A stretch of 64,000 bases of DNA from Craspedostauros australis (lineage: Eukaryota), in assembly GCA_030167865.1 (NCBI GenBank), contig JALAGF010003954.1, positions 1-64,000 on the forward strand. The letters are read 5' to 3'. Position 1 is the first letter of the stretch; each line of letters starts with the position of its first letter. Position numbers and translations under genes: made by a program. Below the pieces are notes generated by a model, which saw nothing but the letters and a program-made list of their open reading frames with translations, did no database searches and was not told where the DNA came from. Below, piece after piece: positions 46,737-57,607 of this stretch.

Positions 46737-48605
46737 TGGTTGCTCTGTTCAGTCATTCAGGTGCTGTCGCTGTTGGTGGGTGCCGTTGTTACGCATGGTA
46801 GCATCAGTGTCATTTCGCCTGCCAGAGCCACATAGTCGCTTTAGTTTTTATCTCATGTTTTCACGTCTTGTCGTGGATCTCTTTCCTTGGTGGTGAAGTC
46901 AACGCACCCCTGCGTGTGTGCTTGGTGGTATTTTTTTTTTCATTCGCACTTCTGCCTCCTTTGCGAACTGCGTGCGCAACTTGCCCAAGCCATTCGCAAA
47001 CAATCCACGATTTGATTTTGTACGAGTCGCTTCTGGTTCTGCAACCAAGTCGTGGTGGTTTTGCAAACAATAGAGGAGAAGTCCACGTCATTCGCCAATC
47101 ACAGCACATTGTACGCGTGTCTTCTGTGTCCAGAAAACCCATCTTGGGTGTGATATTCGAACAATGATAATTCATGAAAAGTCCATTGACGCGATCGTTA
47201 AGTCCTGTGCGCTCGGAGTGGTCAAACACTACATACATTCAGTCATGCATTCTGCAAATGACATATGCAGATTCGCGAACAAAAGGCCGAGGTAAAAAGC
47301 TCCATCGTGTCCAGTGAGCCATAAATGGGTTGGGGAAACGGAGCAATAATCGTTTGTGAATGTTCGGCAGACCTTGGCGTTTCGGAGAAAACTGCAGATA
47401 GCTTTCCATTCCCACACGTTTGGGTCCACCGTAACCACACCATCCACCACCACCAACTGTTTGGTTTTGTGATGCTGCTGATTGTGTCCGCCAGCGCAGC
47501 AAAGCGCAGCACAGGAGCCAATCCCGAAACAGTACCGAGCAACCCAGGAAGAGGTGGCGATGGGATGAATTCGTGCACAGGAACCCATGAGCGAAAGCTC
47601 ACGAGCAACATGTGAACAAGGAACGCCATCCAACAAAGAGGTGCCAACAACAACAACGCACCGCCAACACCACCACCAACAACAACACCAAACAAGAAGA
47701 GAAGCGCGGGAGGCGCCGCGAACAAACAATCAATCGGTTGCCCCAATCGCATACAACACAAAGCAGATCCGCACATCGAGACGAGGAGGGAGAGAGAGGC
47801 GAGAAGGTCGCAACCAACAAGGAGCAAAAGACAGCCCGAGAGATAGAAGCGGAAAGAAACAACAGACAGGAAGCCAACAGCAACCAAATCCAGGGGCGTT
47901 GGAACCACACAGAACGAGAAAGAGAGACCGGTGCGACAAACAAAAAGCGCGGGTGATCGTGATTCTTCGCACCACACAACAACACACAGAACAGCTGCGC
48001 ACGACAAAGTAGTGAAACCGCGAAACCGGATCAGAACCACGACATCACAAATCAAGCAACGCACAACAGAGATCACACAAAAACTCAAACACACACACAA
48101 CGTCATACCAAAACGAGCACAAGTACGAGCACAAGTACGAGTACGAGTAGGCACTCTTTGTGAACAATCGCAACAAGGCAGAGTGAAAGCAGCACTCTCT
48201 GGCACCCCACCTCTTGATCGTATTTGAACACACGAAGGAGCAACCATTACCTCTTGTTCAAGCAACAGCAAGTATTTGTACGTACACGGAGCAACAACGG
48301 AACCGCCGACACCTGCATTACCAATTGCCAATCGCCTTCCCAATTTGTCGTTCGCCATTCGTCAGAAACAGACGACATAAACACGCAGCGAAACGCATCA
48401 CAGAACAGAGCAGAACAGAGCCATTCATTCCGCGAGACTCTGAGGAGGCACGAGACGCCGCAACGCCCCACAAATCAAGCAGAAGGGGAAGTAATCAACA
48501 ACAGCAACAACAGCAACAACAGCAACACAACAACACAACAACATAACAGCAACACAACACAACATTACCACTCTTGAGACCAAAGAACACCTCCACACAG
48601 CAAAG

Positions 48606-51600
48606 ATGAACATCGCCTACGACTACGCATTCCCCGATCCACGCAACAGAAGCGGTGCACCACCACCAACGGCGGCAGCCAACGGTGCGCGAGGCCACGT
48701 GGAACGGCGCGACAGCATCAGCACCGTCAGCGATGCCAAGCTCGTCACGGCTCCCAACAGCCGCAGCGAGGGATCGGATGATGATGAAGACTTTTGTCTG
48801 TCGCGCGTCGAAACCATCGCTGTCAACGAAGTGTCTGTGGCGAAGGGTTCCGCCATCGGCATCAATGCTGTTGCCCACGACCATCATCACGACTACACTC
48901 GCAACAATCATCCGCTGCATGATCATGACGATCACGGTGGCAATGGCCTTGATGTAGATAACGAAGAAGAAGGTGACGACAGTACAGACAATGACAGCGA
49001 CAGTGACGACGATGACAACGACAATCACAATGACGAAGACAAGGATGACGAGGATGATGGATCGGAGAAGCACCACCATGAGAATCTCAGCATCAACATC
49101 AACAACTTCCTCCACGCATCCAAAACCAACAGATATCAGCAGCAGCGCCACGAACAGCAGCGACAGCAAGAGGACGATGACGATACTGACGACGACGATG
49201 ACAACAACGATGACAACAACGATGACAACAACGATGGCAACAACGACGACAACAACGACGACAACCACGACGACAACAATGACAACAATGACGACAACAA
49301 CGAAGAGGAACAACAACCAAAACAGAGACAGCCGCGACGAACCAGCTCGCGACTCCACGAGATGGCCAACGAATTCCCGGGCGTCCCGCACCCCGACGAT
49401 GACGACGATCTCTCATTTGATGAGGATGAAACCGTCGACGAGCAGCCCAGCGAGATTGAGAAATCGCCCTACGAAATGACGCTCAATGCCGAAGACAACG
49501 TGCAGGCATTCAACCGACTCTACGACATCCTCTCCGGCGACAAGGAAACGATAGAGTCCCTGGAGGAACCTCGATTGGGCACCGACAAACCGTTCGGAAG
49601 GGAAGAAGCCGCGCAGCTCATCAAATCCTATGGTACGTCGTTCTGTGAAATGCGCCGCCGGCCTGCAGGAGTGTGAAATCACCATCCGCACCTATGAATA
49701 CATTCATTTCCATGCTCGTCTGGGCCAGCAAATTAGACGCGTGCTTGCTTGCGTTCGCAAAGCCTTCTCCAGTTGTGGATGATTCGTTGTTCGGTGGCCA
49801 CAACCAACCATGTTCCACCCACGGCGATGTTGATCGGACTTGTTCCTGATTTTCCGAAGTCGGACATCATCGACGCTCTGTACCCATGGAACATTTACTC
49901 TTGGTGGGGTCTATTCACGACAACCAATCAACCCCAACGCGATCCTCACCCTGTTCCTTTCTTTCCATTTCTGTCCACATCCACGAACCCCATCTGGCGT
50001 GATCTGCTCTGTGTTGGTATTGCCTTGGTATAAATACGATTCCGACTCATGTCGACTCATTTGCCACCGCCCCATCTTCGGACTCCGTCCATCATCCAAA
50101 CCGCACCATCGCACTTCGCAGACCTCGTGGACAAATCCGGCATTCTCTACAGCCAGGAATGGATCACCGGCAACATCCGAGGTAACGTGGTTGGCCCGCT
50201 CACCACAGAACGTCTTCTGCTCTGCCTCATCCCCTACCGCTTCATCAAGGCCAATGCGCCCGTCCTTTCCAGAATGCTCAAGGATCTCAAGGTTCTCCAG
50301 CTCCTCAAGGAGTCCATGACCAAATGGGATCTCAACGACGAATTTCCGAGGGTGAGTATCGTCCCACACTATGCCTGTCTTCCTGCAATGCGGCGCGTGC
50401 TATGCTATGCTATGTATGGTCTGCTCTGTGGATATTCACCACCGTCTATCCATCGATCTATTGCCGAAAGGTATTCTTCCGTGCGCGCGTCATGCCTTCG
50501 CTTCCGTTTGGTCACCCGGCGTTCCAGTCGCCCCTCTGAATTCTGTATTCCCAGCGCGACCATCTTTCTCACGCTCACTCTTTTGCTCTTTCACTATCGG
50601 CTCCTGCGGACTCGGCGCTCCATCTTTCGTGCCTTTCTCTCGATCGTCGAATGTATGGACGCATGGACACTTGAATGCATGAATATCCGCACAACAGGTA
50701 AGTGGGTGGAAGTCTCAGCAGCTTCAGTTCAGCCAAAACAAGAGAGACTGCCTCAAATGCGAGATCTTCGTTGCCCGTGCCTTCAGCTGCATCGAGCTCT
50801 TCGGCTCGCAGTACATGACGCCCGCGCTGTTCTGCAAGGTTCGGCGCTGCCTCTCAATAATGGAAGAGCATCTGCACGAGAGCAAGAAATGCCCCAGACG
50901 CAAATCGGGAACGAGCATCTCGAGGGAGCGCAGCGAGAGCCCCGATGCCGATGACACCCATTCAAACCAGAGCTCCACGAAGAACCCAGGAGGCACGGTG
51001 CATTCTTCCGCATCGTCGTCGTCATCGTCGTCGCAACAGCCGTCGTCGAGAGCAGCAGCAACGCCGGCGACCATCACAACTGCGGCGCCCACGACGGGAA
51101 CCAAACGCAAGCGGACGCGCGCTCCGAAGAAGGCGAAGGCCTCCAAGGTTCCGCGAATGCCAGTCAAGACAGTCCCGAAACCCACGAAACCGATAGACGA
51201 ATTCGAAGACGATGAGCCGAAGCACGGCCACGATCGGAGCAACGACAGCGAGGATGCCCCCGACAACAGCCACAACCGCCCTGGCAGCGACGCGAAAGAG
51301 AATGCAGATGCGAATGCGGATAAAGCCAAACCCGACACTATGGAGGTCGACAGTAACAATAATGATGAAGGTGCTGGCAGCAAGGCAGACAAGAACGAGG
51401 ATGACAACGACAGCCTGCGCAATGATGATGGTAACGAGAGCGACGATGCTGCTGCCAACGCCGACAGCTCCGACGACGAGCGACAGCAGATCGTGGTGCG
51501 AGGATTCGGACGCAAGCAACTCAAATCGTCCATGAGCACCGGGACCAACACGACCGCCGCATCCACCGCGTCATCCTCCAGCAGCAGCAAGAGCAACAGC

Positions 51601-51891
51601 GGCATCACCATCAAAACTGCCAGCAACAACCGCCGCGAAAAGTCGAACGGCAAGTCCAGAGGCAAGCAGGCGCCGAAGAAACGCAAGCGCACCATGGAGG
51701 AATTGCTCACGGCTCTGAATGAGAAGTACCAGCAGGTCGGCGTGCTGCACGCCGAGATGGGGTCGATCATCGGAGAGTTGCAGGACCAGGTGGCGGAGGT
51801 GGAATCCAGAACGCAGACGCGCAAGCAAATTCGTGCGGAGGTTATCCGCGAAGTGCAGTCGGCCATCGCCACGACGCTCTTGCACAAGTGA
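48606..51891 (+). CDS. Hypothetical, probably nuclear protein: D/N-rich N-terminus, central globular region, basic patches, C-terminal coiled coil; exons 48606-49632, 50122-50351, ~50698-51891
   Basis: Three ORF segments join in frame via G|GTACGT...CAG|AC and AGG|GTGAGT...CAG. Basic motifs KRKRTRAPKK and PKKRKR; heptad-like tail. Confidence 0.7.
49175..49302 (+). repeat. Coding low-complexity repeat, approximately (GAC/GAT/AAC)n, encoding DDNN units
   Basis: Imperfect 12-bp tandem 'gacaacaacgat'. Confidence 0.85.
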
Positions 51892-52804
51892 AGACGCAAT
51901 CGCACGAGTGCAGGGACTCGCACGTGCGGCAGCAGAATAGAGCAAGCATAATCCATCGCATCGCGGTGCCAACAATAGAATCCGTAGCATGCAATGGAAA
52001 GGAAAGCGAAAATCCTCTATTGAACCAAACATTGCAGATTCCAGTTCACCGAGAAGTGGTTGCGATTCTTCTCGCTGTGCGGAGGGATGACGCAGGAATT
52101 GACAGGTCGTGCAGTTCCGAGTTCCGGATGAGATGTGTCAGTGACGCGGTTTGCCATCATGTCACCATCACTGTGGTCGACAACAGTGCATTCCCTTCCA
52201 TTGTTGTTGACGACGGACGGAGAATGGAGAATGAAGAACGAAGAAAGGTTCATCCCCTTGCCCACCCACAGGTGACAACATGTGATGACTTGCGCGGAGT
52301 ATTCGTGAAGTGGAAGGTGGAGGTGAAGGTACTACTACACTGAAGTCTCAACATCATTGGCTCCTGATTGAATCTAACCTCGATCAATAGATTGTCTAAA
52401 CTTCCTTGTTTTTCCACTTGCTCGGTTGACTGATTCGACCAAAACGTTTTTGGCGAAACAAGACGACGGCGGCAAGTGTCGGCGAAACAACCACAAATGC
52501 AGCAACACAACAACACCGTTGAAACGGCAAACAAGAAAATGTACGACGTCTATCACGACCACAAACAAAAGCGCAAGAGTTGAAATTGCGACAACCCAAA
52601 TTGCATGACCCAACCCCCCTCCTGACCATCATTATACACGATAGAGTGTTCGCGCAGCCACAGACACGCAGCCGAACGAACCGATGGATGAGTAACAGGG
52701 AGCTTGGTGACCGTTGTTCGAAAGATACGCGTACTCCAAGGCAGTTTGAGAAGAAGGGGATTGCATCATTCGTATACTATTCTCAACGCAGACAAGCCAA
52801 CGCG

Positions 52805-55537
52805 ATGAGCGGGGTTGACGTGGGAGCGTCGGTCATTGATCTCACCGACGATGTTCCATCCAGCGGTGCGGCTGGTACCTCCACTCGCAAGCGAAACAGG
52901 AGCAGCAGATCCAGCAGCCGGAATCGATCTAGAAGCAGACATGGGCAAATGTACGATGAACACCATGATGATGCGCAGCAAGATGACGAAACGCCGATCG
53001 GAGCAGACATCAGCCCGGACGTTGTGGACATGGAAAGCATCGAGTCCGATTCGCAGATGATGGAGACGATCATCGATTTTGAATTCGACATCACGGATGC
53101 CATGCACAATGTCCATGCCTATCATCGCAACCTGCGCAAGCGACGAAGAGAGCAGAAGGAGGAAGAGGCTGCACGGCAAAGGCGACAAAATGAAGCGGCG
53201 GCAGCAGCAACAACAAGAGCAAGAGCAAAGTCATCTGCCAATGAAACATCGAACAGTCGATCTATGAATGATGCTGGCGAGATGGATCGAGGACGGTGTG
53301 CGAAAGGGACTGGTGAAGATGGTGGTGCATTAAGCAGAAAATCGCATCGAAGTGACGGTCAAAAGGAGTCCACTCAAATACGGAAAGAAGAGAACAGCAG
53401 ACACGCAACAGGGGCAGTGCATGCCCAGAACGGAATGAAGGAATCTAGCAGTGCTGATCATCAACAGCAATTTCCCGATGAGTCATCGACAGAGGAAGAG
53501 GTCACCGTGGTGGAGATCCTTGATGCTGATGAAAGCACTGCGATACACGTAACCCGTACGACTAAGAAAGCATGCATGAACAATGAAGCGGGCGGAAGTT
53601 ACAGCAAAGACCACATGAAGAAATCGAATAAGAAGTCTGCGCCAGCGCTGAACAATGCAAACGAGAGTAGTCGCCAAGCCTCTCGCCAACATCAACAACA
53701 CCGACCCAACAAATCGCAACCAGCGAAGTCGTCAGCGAAACCAAAACGACAACGCGTGAAGTCAGCAGCATCAGCAGCTGCTGCTACATCCATGTCTGCG
53801 TCTCGGACTGGACCGGCACGGACATTCGTTCGTATGTCCAAGAAGATTGGTGATATGCACAGCAAGGATGGAGGCACAAACGATCGAGCGGGTAGCGGCA
53901 AAAGCAGCGATGAATGCAACAAGCCAAAGCAAGTTGATAGTGCGAAGCCACGATCTCAGCCTCCGTCTCAGCACAAACGTGACACTAACAAAGTCCTTGC
54001 TCCCATCACCATCGATATTGATGATGATGCTGATGATGGTCATGATGCTCGCTCCAGTCGCCTGAATAATCGTTCGGATACTCCTCAGGCTGCATGCAAA
54101 AGCAAAGGCAGCAAAAGCAAGAGCACCAAGACCAAGATCGTCGAAACTGTTGCTCCTGAAAGGCCGGCAACACGCAAACCAACAAGCAACCACGGCAAGC
54201 CAGGGAATCCAACACCCAAGAAGATCAATGTTGGATACCCTTCACGACAACCGCAGGTACAGCCACTCTCACGACTACCGAAGCGAGAAGAGGACCCACG
54301 ACAACAACAACGACAACAACAACAACCACCACAGAAAGCAAACATCCCCACACTCTCAACCTCGGGAACAACGAAGCCATCAGCAGATAGCCAGCACGAA
54401 ACTGCCTTCGTCATTCTCATTGATGATTCATCCGATGATGACGACGACGATGATGAATTTGATGTTGGTAACGAAGAGGCTGATGCAACGAAAGACGTCG
54501 ACAGCAAGCCCAGATCCACGCCGCAGCAATACGAAAGCAACAAGCAAGCGAAGGAATCCACTGAACGCAATGGAGGCGTCAGTCCGAAGAAACCATCAGC
54601 GAAGCAACGGCCTCCTGCAAATACCATACCAGCGAAGGATGCAGGAAGCAAAGCGAAAGTGCGAAATCGGGCTGAACAGGCTGCCGCCAATCGCAACGCT
54701 GCCCAACCGCGCATCTTCCGACCCAACATGAAGATGCGCAAGCGCGGTATGCCAAATTGCGTACAACAGAGGCAGAATCAGCAGCAACAGCAACAATCGA
54801 CAACACAATCATCGGCGCACCAAGAGAGAAGACGTCAGGTCCCACCCACAAATCCACCACAATGGACAACTGCTGCTGCAGCCCATCGCGCCACACAGTT
54901 CCGTGCCAGCTCGCAAGCATATCCCCGAGCTCACACCACCACACCACGACAGTACAACACCAGCCAAACATGGATGAATGCATCGTCCAGAGCAAAGAGG
55001 CCAACCAGGCCCGTCAATCCGGCGTTCCATAGAAAACCTGATTTCCACAGCTATCAGATGTCTCATGAAGAGGCACTCAAGATGCAGGAACGCATGTTCG
55101 CGGAAGCAGCAGCTCGCGTCCGCTCCCAACATTCCCAATATCAGCAACCGAGCGGTTACCAACATCAGAACCGCCATCATCAACAACAGCAGCAACAACA
55201 GCAGCAACGGCAACAGCAACAACATCGGGCTGGTCAGATGCCACATGGTTCTGCGACGACAAAAAACAATCAGAGCTCAAGTGAAAAGAGAAATATGACG
55301 TTCGCTGCGCCTGTCATCGATGTCGCAAATCGACATCCGAACCATTGGAAATACACCTGCCGCTTCGCCCGATTGGGACTGCCGGTCGTGGCAACGTCCA
55401 AGCAGGTCAAGCTCCACTACCGAAAGCTGGTGCTGCTGTACCATCCAGACAAATCCAAATCCAAAGCGACCGTCCTCAAGTTCCAGGCCATCACGGAGGC
55501 TTATCACTACATTTTGCGCAAGCGGGGGATGCGCTAG
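52805..55537 (+). CDS. C-terminal J-domain (DnaJ) protein with long disordered N-terminus, 910 aa
   Basis: C-terminal RLGL...KQVKLHYRKLVLLYHPDK...KFQAITEAY. The remainder is low-complexity S/K/Q-rich sequence. Confidence 0.88.
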   Translation: MSGVDVGASVIDLTDDVPSSGAAGTSTRKRNRSSRSSSRNRSRSRHGQMYDEHHDDAQQDDETPIGADISPDVVDMESIESDSQMMETIIDFEFDITDAMHNVHAYHRNLRKRRREQKEEEAARQRRQNEAAAAATTRARAKSSANETSNSRSMNDAGEMDRGRCAKGTGEDGGALSRKSHRSDGQKESTQIRKEENSRHATGAVHAQNGMKESSSADHQQQFPDESSTEEEVTVVEILDADESTAIHVTRTTKKACMNNEAGGSYSKDHMKKSNKKSAPALNNANESSRQASRQHQQHRPNKSQPAKSSAKPKRQRVKSAASAAAATSMSASRTGPARTFVRMSKKIGDMHSKDGGTNDRAGSGKSSDECNKPKQVDSAKPRSQPPSQHKRDTNKVLAPITIDIDDDADDGHDARSSRLNNRSDTPQAACKSKGSKSKSTKTKIVETVAPERPATRKPTSNHGKPGNPTPKKINVGYPSRQPQVQPLSRLPKREEDPRQQQRQQQQPPQKANIPTLSTSGTTKPSADSQHETAFVILIDDSSDDDDDDDEFDVGNEEADATKDVDSKPRSTPQQYESNKQAKESTERNGGVSPKKPSAKQRPPANTIPAKDAGSKAKVRNRAEQAAANRNAAQPRIFRPNMKMRKRGMPNCVQQRQNQQQQQQSTTQSSAHQERRRQVPPTNPPQWTTAAAAHRATQFRASSQAYPRAHTTTPRQYNTSQTWMNASSRAKRPTRPVNPAFHRKPDFHSYQMSHEEALKMQERMFAEAAARVRSQHSQYQQPSGYQHQNRHHQQQQQQQQQRQQQQHRAGQMPHGSATTKNNQSSSEKRNMTFAAPVIDVANRHPNHWKYTCRFARLGLPVVATSKQVKLHYRKLVLLYHPDKSKSKATVLKFQAITEAYHYILRKRGMR

Positions 55538-55806
55538 ATGGAGAGGACGAGATGGAGAGAGGGGGAGGGAGGAATATGTGGAGCCAGGAGGTCCGGAATG
55601 CACAAATGAACAAAAATGCCAGTGAAGTTCACTGGTGATACTTAGAAATTAGCTACAGCCACATTCATCCACTCTCTTTTGTGCAGGCAGAGAAAAACAA
55701 CGAATGACGCTGCGCAGTTTCATACTCGAAAGAGAGACAAATCGAGAGAACATCGTCTTAGGAGAACTGCAGTAGACGTAGTAGTAGTAGTAGTAGCAAC
55801 CGAGAA

Positions 55807-56889
55807 TCAAGCCTCGGAATCTGCAGCAGCGGCAGCATCCTCCAGCTTCGTCGTGCAACGATCGATCGCATCGAAGATTTCGTCGGGCGACCACTGATCT
55901 CTTGTCAAGCAATCTTCCGGTGTGAAGATGCCCTGCTTCGTCCGCTGCAACCGAACCGTGGTCGCCACGCTGTCCACGGCGTATGCAATATCGCGCACCA
56001 ATGACCTCACGAATGTACCACCGCCGCACTCGATGTCCAGATCAAACTTTGGGAGCTCGATGGTGTCGGGATCTTCATGCCCTCCTGCCGAGATGCTGTA
56101 CACGTGCACGGGACGGGCATCGATCTTGATATCGTCCGTCGTCTTGCCTTCGCGAGCCGATTTGTAGAGCTTCTTGCCGTCCTTGCGGATGGCGCTGAAG
56201 ATGGGCGGGATCTGCATGATCTCACCTCGGAAATCGGCCAAGGACTCGTGGATGGCATCTGCTGTGACATGATCGTACGGCGCCGTCTTCGTGATATTGC
56301 CTTCCCTGTCGAGCGTCGTGGTTTCGTACCCCAGCTCGGCCGTCGTGGAATACCGCTTGGGGCCCGTGAGGTATTGCTGCAGCTGCTTGGTGCCCTTGCC
56401 CACGCCGATGACAAGGACGCCGTAGGCAAGCGGATCGAGCGTGCCACCGTGTCCCACCTTGACGATCCTGCTCTTGTTCCGTCTGCTTCCCGGACGGACG
56501 GTCCTGGCACCTCTGTTTCTGGCATCGCGCTCCAGGATCCCGCGGATGTAGGACACGACGTCGCTGGATGTCCATTCGAGCGGCTTCTCCACAGCGAAGA
56601 TGCCCTGCGTTCTGTACAAGGGAACGTCGTCGGAAAGTTTGGCATTGTCGCCATCCCTTTTCTTCTTCTGCTGCTGCTTCGAATCGGCAGCCGAGTCCGT
56701 CGAGAACAGATGAGTTGTTGCCGTTCTGGATTGCGCGTTGACGATCCTCGTGGCGGACCTTGCAATGGTGTTCGCCACGGCAGCCGAACCCGACGATGCC
56801 AACGGAGAGATGCCTTGGAATCCTGTCACCGTCTGCACACGGGCAGCTGCAACGGCTAGCGCAACCATGATGTTCCAACGCTTGTTCAT
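55807..56889 (-). CDS. truB: tRNA pseudouridine(55) synthase TruB with predicted bipartite plastid presequence
   Basis: KP..WTSSDVV, KVGHGGTLDP, PPIFSAI..DGKKLY..AR and CGGGTFVRSL. Signal peptide ending VTG|F followed by a Ser/Thr/Ala-rich transit region. Confidence 0.93.
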   Translation of the reverse strand: MNKRWNIMVALAVAAARVQTVTGFQGISPLASSGSAAVANTIARSATRIVNAQSRTATTHLFSTDSAADSKQQQKKKRDGDNAKLSDDVPLYRTQGIFAVEKPLEWTSSDVVSYIRGILERDARNRGARTVRPGSRRNKSRIVKVGHGGTLDPLAYGVLVIGVGKGTKQLQQYLTGPKRYSTTAELGYETTTLDREGNITKTAPYDHVTADAIHESLADFRGEIMQIPPIFSAIRKDGKKLYKSAREGKTTDDIKIDARPVHVYSISAGGHEDPDTIELPKFDLDIECGGGTFVRSLVRDIAYAVDSVATTVRLQRTKQGIFTPEDCLTRDQWSPDEIFDAIDRCTTKLEDAAAAADSEA

Positions 56890-57607
56890 TTCACTTGCTT
56901 GAAAGAGTGGATGGTGTTCTTGAATAGAGCACGACTAGAGGAGAGTAAAATAGAGTGGAATGCAATGCGCGCACGCTGTGGTGTTGCTGCAAGAGTACGA
57001 CTATGGGGAGATGGGGTTCTTGTGATTTGTGCCACTGGTGATTCGATGATGGGTGCGGTGGATGAGATTGATGATCGCAAATGATGTGTGCCGCGTACGA
57101 GCAGTTCTCGATCTTTGCGTTGGATTGATGTGTCTTCTTTGGTGGCTGGCATCAGTTATCGGATCACGGTTGAAGTGTCATTGTGGGACTCGTGTCAGAG
57201 AGTGGTCCAAAGAGTCCATCGTTCGACCACGTTGACCACAATCCGTCGAAAAAAATGGCGCGAAGCGATCGCTCATTTCTGCGATTCTGGCGCCAAACAT
57301 GGAAAACAACCACGACAACACGCGAGAACACTCACAAACAACAATGCGTGGAAATACACGAAGAAGAGATCAATCGCCAGAAAACGAGAACAACAACCGC
57401 GGCACAATCCACAAGACTCCTGAAACAACAGGTTGAAGAAACAAAGACAACCAAGACAAGATCAATCCTCTCACGGAAGAGATCACCGAGATCATCTTCA
57501 TCGCAACATCGTGGCGACAACGCAACATCCAAATCGGCTTGAGACAAAGGAACGGGAACAACAAGCCGAGGTGATACGCAGAAGTCGATAGCAGAAAAAG
57601 CAGCACC

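Noticed and set aside
47229-49479. Long V/C/L-rich or T-rich ORFs (e.g. 47243-48358 and 48495-49391 on the minus strand)
   Set aside because: These are by-products of CAA/GAC low-complexity sequence and of the antisense strand of the real gene.
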